Assembly (NCBI GenBank): GCA_964525635.1
Contig: CAZGJX010000095.1
Location: 1-15,901, forward strand
DNA from: an uncultured archaeon
GTDB taxonomy: Archaea; Asgardarchaeota; Lokiarchaeia; Sigyniarchaeales; SOKP01
Length of the DNA: 15,901 nucleotides
Reading direction: 5' to 3'
In this document: in pieces, positions 7,144 to 15,901 of the stretch
Layout: each line of letters starts with the position of its first letter
How positions within the stretch are numbered: the first letter of the stretch is position 1
Position numbers and translations under genes: made by a program
Notes under the pieces: model-generated
What the model was told of the DNA's origin: nothing
The model's database searches: none
Seen by the model: only the letters and a program-made list of their open reading frames with translations

Positions 7144-7989
7144 ATGAATATTTGGATACTCAATAGTGAAAGTGGAGTAACATTAGTTTATCAGGCTTAT
7201 CAAGATTTAATGGCTAATGAGGATTTAGTTTCAGGTCTATTAACTGCTTTAAATCACTTTACTGTTTTTGAATTTAAACAAGGAATTGAGAGTATCGAAA
7301 TGGGGGGCCTGAGATGGGTTTATCTGGAAGAAAAAGGTGTTAATCTTTTATTTATTGCAGCAGATAATAAAGATGTACATGCAGAAATATTAAGAGCACG
7401 GTTAAACATAATTAAACAATCATTTATTCAGGATTATGTAGAAAATAATAACTTTGCTAAATTTATGAAAGAAGAATGGAATGGAAATATCGAAAGATTC
7501 TATCCATTTAAAAAAACAATTGATGAATATTATCATCAATGGAAAGAAGCTGAAAATATAACAACAATAGCTGAATTTTTTGATATTTTGGGAATATTCC
7601 AACAGATACTAAATATGTCAATGAATATTTTTTCGAATATAAAAGAAAAAGAACGATTATATAATGAACTCGAAGATATGTTTAATAAATTAAAACAAGA
7701 TCCCGATTTTATTGCAGATTCAGAATTACATAAAATTACCTTTACAAGAGATTCTGGATTTAATATAATTAATATAAATCCTAGTGAATGTAATATGATG
7801 ATAGTAGAGAGACTTCTGATTAAATTAATTAAAAATGTCATAAAAATTATTAAAGGAAACCTTGGGCAAAAAATGACTTTGTATTATTTTAAAAATGAAA
7901 ATATCTTTAGTTATTTAGTCAATAATTTAATTTTATTAAAAGAACTTAATTTGGATAAATTTTTACTTTCTCTTTTCCTCTTAGAATAA
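7144..7989 (+). CDS. Longin-like domain protein with C-terminal helical extension
   Basis: IWIL...SGVTL beta-hairpin, DLVSGLLTALNHF helix, IESIEMGGLRWVY...LLFIA strands, helix LNIIKQSFIQDY, then W.G....F..F...ID. This is the pattern of Asgard longin/sedlin/sigma-adaptin-like domains. GGAG SD upstream. Confidence 0.8.
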   Translation: MNIWILNSESGVTLVYQAYQDLMANEDLVSGLLTALNHFTVFEFKQGIESIEMGGLRWVYLEEKGVNLLFIAADNKDVHAEILRARLNIIKQSFIQDYVENNNFAKFMKEEWNGNIERFYPFKKTIDEYYHQWKEAENITTIAEFFDILGIFQQILNMSMNIFSNIKEKERLYNELEDMFNKLKQDPDFIADSELHKITFTRDSGFNIININPSECNMMIVERLLIKLIKNVIKIIKGNLGQKMTLYYFKNENIFSYLVNNLILLKELNLDKFLLSLFLLE

Positions 7990-8158
7990 TTAAATCTATA
8001 AAAATTACACAATCCATACTAAAACATTTTTAGATTAATTTTAGATTTTTCAATTATAGCATTAGATAAAATCTTATTATAAAAAAAAGTTAAGTGCTAA
8101 AATTTAAAGTCTTTTAGAATAATAAGTAAAAAAAAATTTTTAAAATTTAAAATCTAAT

Positions 8159-8791
8159 TTAAATTAATTTCATGGATTTCCGTTTTCTGATTACTAATGC
8201 AATAACTGCCGCTGGAATGATAAATAAAAAAGCATAACCAAATGAAACTTCATCACTGGCAGTTCTAGTAACAGAGACTGACGCTGATTGATCAGATGCT
8301 TTCATTGAAATTAAAACACCATTATCATCAAACGTGGAAACTGCTATTGGACCGTCAGGTATTTGAACCTCCACCGTATTAGTACCGGTTACGGTTCCGC
8401 CCACATAAGCCGCTACCACGTCTAAATCAAGTCTTGGAGCTAATAAGACAGTATATATGCTTGAATTAACGGTAGCTTGAATTCCAAAAGTCGCAACTTC
8501 AGTTACATTATTCCAAGTCAATATAGTTCCTGAAACTTCCACAGGAATACCCAACATGGATATAGTTATATTACCTGTAACTGTTGTAGTATCACCTACT
8601 GTTCCAACATTGGTAATTTCCATAGTCATACTACCACTTAAAGATGTAATGCCTGTTATTGATATTTTAATGTCCCATTTAAAAGTTTTACCTTCTTTAA
8701 CCCCTATATCTGCAGCCTTAGAGGTTCCGAAAGCAGAAAACATTATAAACAAACCAATAAAAGCAATTAATAACTTTTTTCTAGAGTTCAT
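8159..8791 (-). CDS. Secreted, C-terminally anchored cell-surface protein (Loki-CTERM/PGF-CTERM-like tail)
   Basis: Signal peptide MNSRKK-hydrophobic-SKA/A. Thr/Gly/Val-rich beta body starting IGVKEG...W. Tail VSFGY + TM helix + RKRK. Several N-x-S/T sequons (NIT, NVT, NSS). Confidence 0.85.
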   Translation of the reverse strand: MNSRKKLLIAFIGLFIMFSAFGTSKAADIGVKEGKTFKWDIKISITGITSLSGSMTMEITNVGTVGDTTTVTGNITISMLGIPVEVSGTILTWNNVTEVATFGIQATVNSSIYTVLLAPRLDLDVVAAYVGGTVTGTNTVEVQIPDGPIAVSTFDDNGVLISMKASDQSASVSVTRTASDEVSFGYAFLFIIPAAVIALVIRKRKSMKLI

Positions 8792-9207
8792 CTTCTTTTC
8801 CTTATTTATTTTTAAATTTAAATTTATTTATGATAAAAAATAGATCTATCTGATCATATAAAAAATTATGCATTTCTTTATTATTTATAACACATTAAAT
8901 ATTTAATCATAACAACAATTCCTCACTTATTTAATTGGTTGTATTAATAAGATAAAAATGATTAGAATGAGTGAATATTAACTGCGTCATATATAAAAGG
9001 AATTAAATTTGAAATTTTTACTTTCCTTTACTTAGAAGAAAAGGAATTATTTGATAAGAATTTTAATTATTATATGACTTTTAACTTTTATTTGACTATA
9101 GTATTTTTAAGTTTTATTTACAGTTTTCCAAAAATTAGGCATGATTTTGAAAACAATATAAAATAAATTAATATATTCAAATTCATTTACTTTTTGGAAC
9201 AATTGGT

Positions 9208-10524
9208 TTATCCTGTTAACAAAACCAGAGGGATAATATATAAAATTGCAAATCCTATGTGGATAAATGCAAATAATGCTCCATTTTTAGCTAATCTTCT
9301 ATAATTGAGATTTTGAACACCAGAATCTCTGGCGATTTTTAAAGTCATCATATCACATGCGGCTCCTTGAACAAGAAAATTGCCCCCAAGATTAATTCCA
9401 ATGATAAATGCAAAAAGTAATGGTGTTTCAGCAAATTCCCATCCTCCTGGAGATGGGTCTATTAAAATTTGAATTATTGGGATAAAAATCAATGCGGTAG
9501 GTGTATTTGCAACAGTTCCACTTATTCCACTTACCATTAATAATAATATTAGCGATAATAAAATAGGATGTAATGCATTAAATGGTATATCAGTAAAGAT
9601 TTCTTGAAACCCTGCTAATAGTAGACATCCTACAACAACATATAAAGAAATGAAAAAGAAGATAATTTCCCATTCAACATCTCTTAAAAGTTGACTCATT
9701 GATTTTTTATTATATCCTTTATTTATTATAACAAGAATTAAAGCAGATATGATCGCTGTAAGATATAAAATTGGTAAACTAGCAAAACATAAGATAGTAA
9801 TTATAATTCCAATCCCATTGATATAGAACATTTTCTTATTTTTTATCATTATATCACTATTAATCAGCTCAATTACAAATTTTTTTTGAATTTCTTCAAT
9901 TTTAGGCTCTTTTTTTAAATAGAAACGATCTAGTAGATAAATTGTTAAGAATAATAATATAAAAGAAAAAATCCAATAATTTTTAATGAAATATAGAGTA
10001 TCTAAGCCAAATGCATTAGAAATAATGATGTTTTCTCCACTTGAAAAAGGTGTTATTATGGAACCAATATTTATACAAATAGTCATCCCCATCAAATATG
10101 TTCCTGCTCTGATTTTTAGAAAATGGCAGAGACGTATGACAATAGGAGCGATTATTAAGACAACAACTACATCAGAAATAATTGAGGCAAGTAGAGTTGT
10201 AATAATACATATTAAATAGAAAAAAACACGTTGATTTCCCTTAGAAAATTTAAAAAGTTTTACAGCAAGAAACTCTAAAATATTTGAATCTTCAGCAATC
10301 TTAGTTATGATACTCATACTCAATATGATGATGATAGGCTCCCATTCTATGTACCCAATAAAAATATCAATATTTTTTTTTAAAGTCATTCCTGTTATTG
10401 TAGCACAAATGAAACAACATAATAAAGAAATAGCTACAAAATCTAATCTTTCGATGGTATAACTTATGATAATCAATATAAAAAATACAAAACTCAGGAT
10501 TAGAAGTGGAAGATGAATACTCAT
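9208..10524 (-). CDS. ArsB/NhaD/SLC13 (ion transporter superfamily) permease
   Basis: About 11-12 TM. Motifs IEWEPI, NIGS.ITP...GENIII, DVEWE...FFISLY, SG.VANTP, NLGGN....GAA. Confidence 0.88.
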   Translation of the reverse strand: MSIHLPLLILSFVFFILIIISYTIERLDFVAISLLCCFICATITGMTLKKNIDIFIGYIEWEPIIIILSMSIITKIAEDSNILEFLAVKLFKFSKGNQRVFFYLICIITTLLASIISDVVVVLIIAPIVIRLCHFLKIRAGTYLMGMTICINIGSIITPFSSGENIIISNAFGLDTLYFIKNYWIFSFILLFLTIYLLDRFYLKKEPKIEEIQKKFVIELINSDIMIKNKKMFYINGIGIIITILCFASLPILYLTAIISALILVIINKGYNKKSMSQLLRDVEWEIIFFFISLYVVVGCLLLAGFQEIFTDIPFNALHPILLSLILLLMVSGISGTVANTPTALIFIPIIQILIDPSPGGWEFAETPLLFAFIIGINLGGNFLVQGAACDMMTLKIARDSGVQNLNYRRLAKNGALFAFIHIGFAILYIIPLVLLTG

Positions 10525-10831
10525 GAGATCAATAAAAAATGATTATTATTTTAATTAAGAAAATTAATAAATAGCTTTTAATAAATGTAATGAATTATAA
10601 CGAATTAATTATTAATTAATCAAAATAGTATTTAGCGAATAAAATTTATGTCAGAGTATTAATTCAGTATTATAATTTAATTTTTTGATTCTAATTATAT
10701 ACATTTTTAATTTTATTCAATATTAGTAGAAGACTAAATTAGTAAAATATGAAAAATGTTTATATTTACTATAAAATACTGGTGCGGATAATGTTACTAT
10801 AGTAGGGAACTAATAATTAAATTATAATATA

Positions 10832-12028
10832 CTATTGATAAGATTTCCATTTTTTTTCTAAATTAGACTCTTGAATTGTCTCCATAATATAATTGGCAAG
10901 TTCGTCTCCAGTTCCACCATTTGCTCTTCCAGTAAGAATTATTTTTTTCTCATAAATACCACATATATCCAAAGCTAATTCAAGTCGTTTTGCTTTTTCC
11001 TTATAACCTATATGTTCAAGGAGCATTATGACTGCTCTTAACATACTCATTGGATCGGCAAATTTGGCTCTACCTTCCTCAACCATTCGAGGAGCAGATC
11101 CATGTATAGCTTCAAACATAGCGTATCTCTTTCCAATGTTTGCACTCCCTGCAGTCCCTACTCCTCCTTGCATCTGAGCTGCTTCATCTGTTATAATATC
11201 ACCATAAAGATTTGGTGCAACAATAACCTTGAATTGATTTTGTCTTGCAGGATCTATTAATTTTGCGGTCATTATATCAATATACCAGTCATCCCATTGA
11301 ATATTAGGATAAGCTTTTGATATTCTTTCAGCAACTGCTAGGAATTTTCCATCTGTTGCTTTTATAACATTTGCTTTTGTTACAACAGTGACTTTATCAA
11401 TTTTATGTTGTTTTGCATATTCAAATGCTAATCTAATAATTCTTTCAGAACCTTGAGTAGTAATAACTTTAAAATCAAGAGATAAATCATCAGTAATATT
11501 TATACCTTTGGAACCAAGAATATAAGCACCTTCTGTATTTTCTCTAAAAAATATCCAACTTATTTTTTTTTCTGGAACTTTCACGGGACGAACATTTGCA
11601 AAAAGATCTAACTCTCTGCGTATAGCAACATTGGCACTTTCGATATTTGGCCATTTGTCTCCTTTTCTCGGTGTTGTAGTTGGACCTTTTAATAAAACAT
11701 GACATTTTTTAATTTCCAATAAAACATCATCTGGAATAGCCTTCTTTTTCTCTGCTCGATTTTGAATAGTTAAACCTTGTATTTCTCGAAGTTCTACCCC
11801 TCCTTCATCTACCTCATCTTTAAGAATAAACTCCAGAATTGTTTTTGCATGCTTTGAGATTTCAGGCCCTATACCATCTCCACCAATAATACCTATAATG
11901 AGTGGTTTTAAAGATAAATAATCAATCCAATCTCCTTCTACCTTTATTTTCTCAATTCTTATTAATTGTTCTTTAATAATTGATTCAAAACGATCTTTTG
12001 CTTTCTCAATTTCATCTTCAAAGGTCAT
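10832..12028 (-). CDS. Isocitrate/isopropylmalate-family beta-decarboxylating dehydrogenase
   Basis: GDGIGPEI, KGPTTTP, SANVAIRRELDLFANVRP, RENTEG.Y, KANVIK.TDG.F, PNLYGDIITDEAA, FEAIHGSAP. Substrate not determinable from sequence. Confidence 0.93.
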   Translation of the reverse strand: MTFEDEIEKAKDRFESIIKEQLIRIEKIKVEGDWIDYLSLKPLIIGIIGGDGIGPEISKHAKTILEFILKDEVDEGGVELREIQGLTIQNRAEKKKAIPDDVLLEIKKCHVLLKGPTTTPRKGDKWPNIESANVAIRRELDLFANVRPVKVPEKKISWIFFRENTEGAYILGSKGINITDDLSLDFKVITTQGSERIIRLAFEYAKQHKIDKVTVVTKANVIKATDGKFLAVAERISKAYPNIQWDDWYIDIMTAKLIDPARQNQFKVIVAPNLYGDIITDEAAQMQGGVGTAGSANIGKRYAMFEAIHGSAPRMVEEGRAKFADPMSMLRAVIMLLEHIGYKEKAKRLELALDICGIYEKKIILTGRANGGTGDELANYIMETIQESNLEKKWKSYQ

Positions 12029-12163
12029 AATTGTAGCAATTAATTAAACAATTAAAATTATTTGTTTAAATAAGGATTCTTTTTATTCAAAGATAAATAG
12101 TGAACTTATTTTATCTAAACAGCTAATTGCAATAATATATAAAGTAATAGTGAAGATTTAAAA

Positions 12164-13159
12164 TCAATTATCACATAACGGACATTTCCAATTATTATGT
12201 AAATTAAACTCTACAGTATGCCCACAATTTTTACAAATCCATACAGCTTTTTCTTGATTTTTTAATTCTAATCCGATTTTATTATAAGATACTCCTTTTC
12301 TTTTAAAATAGACTTTGGATCGTCCACATTTAATACAATTCCAACTATCTGGTATATTGTCCATTAAAACTTCTTCTCCACATTCCATGCATTGCCAAAT
12401 TATATTCTCTTTTTTATCACTAATAAAACTACTTAAAATCTCCTTAGCTGGTTTTTTCTTAAAATAATCTTTTGAAGAGCCACATTTATCACAAATCCAA
12501 CTATCTGGTATTTGGTCTATCATTAGTTCTTCTCCACATTCCATACATTTCCATATATTATCGTGATTATTGAAAATATTTAGATTTTGTTTTTCAAAAT
12601 AAGATTTTAGATGACCACATAAAGGACATATAAAATCATCGGGGAGGTTATCTTCAGCTATTTCAAAACCACATCCTTGACAAATCCAAATAATAAGATC
12701 ATTCCCCTTCATTAAAATATTAAGTTCGAATATATTTTGAATTGATGCAAGTCGATGATATTTTTTTTTTTTAATCTCAACTATAGTCTTTAATTTAGAT
12801 AAAATTTTAGTTATTCCATCCTCTTTTATTGTATTTATGACTTCAGGATATAATTCACGACATTCATAATCCTGTTGTTTTACAACAGTTGCTAGATTTT
12901 CTAATGTTGTACCAAAATCAATAATTACTTTAAAATCAACTGAATTATTTGTATCAATCTGAACATCTTCTTTAGTATTGTGTAAAAGATGAAAAATCCA
13001 CTTAATATATTGCTTTTTTAAAATAGAAATGTTGTTAAAAAGATTTGATATTAATAAAAATCCCTCTTTTTGAGCCTTTTTTGCAAAGATCTCATAAAGA
13101 GACCTCATTTGTGATTCATAAATAAACAAATTAGTTAATTTATCTGATGTATTTGACAT
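12164..13159 (-). CDS. Degenerate rubrerythrin-like helical bundle fused to four rubredoxin-like CxxC...CxxC modules
   Basis: Rubrerythrin signatures ES.....Y..FA..A..EG and T.ENL........E....YP......E.G. Four modules follow: CQGC/CPLC, CMEC/CDKC, CMEC/CIKC, CKNC/CPLC. Confidence 0.85.
   Translation of the reverse strand: MSNTSDKLTNLFIYESQMRSLYEIFAKKAQKEGFLLISNLFNNISILKKQYIKWIFHLLHNTKEDVQIDTNNSVDFKVIIDFGTTLENLATVVKQQDYECRELYPEVINTIKEDGITKILSKLKTIVEIKKKKYHRLASIQNIFELNILMKGNDLIIWICQGCGFEIAEDNLPDDFICPLCGHLKSYFEKQNLNIFNNHDNIWKCMECGEELMIDQIPDSWICDKCGSSKDYFKKKPAKEILSSFISDKKENIIWQCMECGEEVLMDNIPDSWNCIKCGRSKVYFKRKGVSYNKIGLELKNQEKAVWICKNCGHTVEFNLHNNWKCPLCDN
12303..12556. repeat. Intragenic direct repeat (2 x ~98 bp, 156-bp period) encoding rubredoxin-like modules 2 and 3
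   Basis: CCAACTATCTGGTAT occurs at 12341 and 12497. TTCTTCTCCACATTCCAT is present in both copies. Protein repeat: W.CMECGEE..MD/ID.IPDSW.C.KCG.SK.YFK. Confidence 0.85.
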
Positions 13160-13245
13160 AAGATTTAACTTTTTCTGTAATTGATTATAGGATTTATTAA
13201 AAAAAAAGAAAATTATACTAAATTATGATTTTGTGATAAAAATTT

Positions 13246-14034
13246 CTATTTTGTGAATTTTTTCAATAGATTTCCAATATCATTTGGCATAAAAATTATA
13301 ATTTTCTGTGAAGGCTCGTGAGAGATATCTTGAATGGTTTGTAATGTTCTTATTTGAATTGCTGATGGAGATTCAGATAATAACATTCCTGCCTCTGCTA
13401 TATTTTTTGCCGCATCTAATTCACCTTCAGAAGCAATTATAGCTGCTCTTTTCTCACGTTCTTTTTCTGCTTGTACAGCCATAGCTCGTTTCATACTCTG
13501 GGGTAATTCAATTTGTTGAATTTTGATTTGTGTAATTTCGACACCCCATTCTCTGGTTTCTTCATCAACTACCTTTCGAATCTCCTTAGATATTTTCTCT
13601 CTTTGAGTAAGTACTTCATCAAGTTCCATTCCACCAATAACATCTCTTAATGCTCCCTGAGTATAGTTCATGATAGCTTTCATATAATTTTCTATCTTAA
13701 CTCTTGCATATTGAGGATTTATAACTTTATAAAATACACTCGTATCAGCAGTTATTGGAATATTATCTTTTGTTATAATATCCTGTCTATCTATATCTTG
13801 TGTTTTTATTCTCATATCTACTTCAAGTGATTTTTCAATAAATGGTAATATGAATACTATACCAGGTCCCACAGTTCTATTATATTTCCCATATCGGAAA
13901 ACAATTCTTCTTTTATATTCAGTAACAGTTTTTATACTTGAAACAATAAGGATAATAACAAATATTACAATGATCACAACTAAAGCTATAATACCATTTA
14001 ATAATGGATCAATATTAAATTCTATAATTTTCAC
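13246..14034 (-). CDS. SPFH/band-7 stomatin-like protein (slipin)
   Basis: N-terminal TM, EY.R.IVFR.G....V.PG...I.P.IE, VDMR......QD.ITKDN, LRDVIG.MELDE.L..RE.I, WGV, MKRAMA.QAE.EREKRA.II...GE. GTG start. Confidence 0.95.
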   Translation of the reverse strand: MKIIEFNIDPLLNGIIALVVIIVIFVIILIVSSIKTVTEYKRRIVFRYGKYNRTVGPGIVFILPFIEKSLEVDMRIKTQDIDRQDIITKDNIPITADTSVFYKVINPQYARVKIENYMKAIMNYTQGALRDVIGGMELDEVLTQREKISKEIRKVVDEETREWGVEITQIKIQQIELPQSMKRAMAVQAEKEREKRAAIIASEGELDAAKNIAEAGMLLSESPSAIQIRTLQTIQDISHEPSQKIIIFMPNDIGNLLKKFTK

Positions 14035-14138
14035 CCTTTTCTGTAAAATTCTAAAATTTATTTTATTATTTTATATATATTAATATATGGTTTGGTATAC
14101 ATGAATATTGCCAAATATTTAAATCTTACTATTTCACT

Positions 14139-14235
14139 TATTACTCTATATTAATATCATGGAAAAGATGATAGCTCTGCATTTAGAATATATATATTTC
14201 TATATATTTGCAGGATATAAGGAGCTTCAGTAATA
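14139..14235. other. Predicted nested multi-stem structure (candidate cis-regulatory or ncRNA element) between gdhA and the SPFH gene
   Basis: TATTACT(14139-45)/AGTAATA(14229-35); TATCAT(14155-60)/ATGATA(14168-73); GCTC(14174-77)/GAGC(14222-25); TGCA(14178-81)/TGCA(14209-12); TAGAA(14184-88)/TTCTA(14198-202). All stems are mutually compatible. Confidence 0.4.
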
Positions 14236-14316
14236 TTCCTAAAATGAGATATATATAAACAATTGATAATAAAAAAAAGAAATATTGGCTGGGTACAATA
14301 GAGTAAATTTTACGAT

Positions 14317-15705
<1,389 letters not shown>

Positions 15706-15833
15706 TTAATGATTTAAGAATCTTATGTTGATATAATCCATATAACTAATATAATTTCCTTTTTTTGTTTAGAAAATTAATAAAAAAGTAAAATTTTTTC
15801 AATAATCCTTGTTTTAATATCTAAAATTAAATA

Positions 15834-15869
15834 AAGGAGAAAAAAGACTCCTTGCGAACTAAAGTTCGC
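15834..15869 (-). terminator. Two abutting hairpins just downstream of a minus-strand gene entering from the right edge (possible terminator or 3' stability element)
   Basis: GCGAACT-AA-AGTTCGC (15854-69) directly adjacent to AAGGAG-8nt-CTCCTT (15834-53). U-rich on the minus strand. Confidence 0.45.
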
Positions 15870-15875
15870 TTCTAA

Positions 15876-15901
15876 TCACAAAACTTTTTTTCTTCTTATG
15901 A
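15876..15901 (-). CDS. Possible 3' end of a CDS entering from the right edge (...IRRKKVL*), basic tail like CTERM-anchored proteins
   Basis: Minus strand reads ATA AGA AGA AAA AAA GTT TTG TGA, followed by the hairpins. Only about 8 codons are visible. Confidence 0.35.

Noticed and set aside
6864-7405. Shared AGCACGGTTAA in two neighbouring genes
   Set aside because: Only 11 bp, both encoding A-R-L; compatible with chance.
6714-7841. Minus-strand ORFs 6714-6932, 7420-7602 and 7536-7841
   Set aside because: Antisense shadows of supported plus-strand genes.
8556-8843. 95-aa plus-strand ORF
   Set aside because: Antisense to the secreted protein gene.
8830-8853. ATGATAA...CTGA as a second C/D or SECIS-like element
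   Set aside because: Imperfect box C, too short for guides or helix II, and no terminal stem.
9986-10219. 77-aa plus-strand ORF
   Set aside because: Antisense shadow of the permease.
12761-12772. 12-nt homopolymer as a phase-variation or frameshift site
   Set aside because: The frame is intact (KKKK), and long A/T runs are common throughout this AT-rich window.
14139-14235. Hammerhead ribozyme interpretation of the structured element
   Set aside because: The minus strand has CUGAAGC rather than CUGANGA, and no correctly placed GAAA/NUH core.

Overview
Very AT-rich, intron-free window. It is most consistent with an Asgard archaeon (Lokiarchaeia/Promethearchaeota), inferred from a longin-like protein, a CTERM-type anchored surface protein, a stand-alone RING-like finger and many zinc-ribbon proteins. 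Ordinary genes: an orphan response regulator, a PaaI thioesterase, a nucleotide-sugar dehydrogenase, a FabK/nitronate-monooxygenase flavoenzyme, an ArsB/NhaD/SLC13 permease, an isocitrate/isopropylmalate-family dehydrogenase, an SPFH/stomatin protein and NADP-GdhA. The most notable items missing from the ORF track are: (i) a minus-strand micro-ORF at 3436-3579 with an in-frame TGA inside C-T-G-[TGA]-G, a candidate 47-aa CxxU selenoprotein, followed by a structured 3' element; (ii) a box C/D guide sRNA with a canonical kink-turn at 6341-6407; (iii) a nested-stem element at 14139-14235; (iv) a partial Bud23-like methyltransferase at the left edge. Also notable are a 69-aa C4C4 (CNOT4-like spacing) RING-type finger and a rubrerythrin-like protein that has lost its di-iron ligands but carries four rubredoxin-like modules. 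All assignments come from manual motif reading; no searches or folding programs were run.
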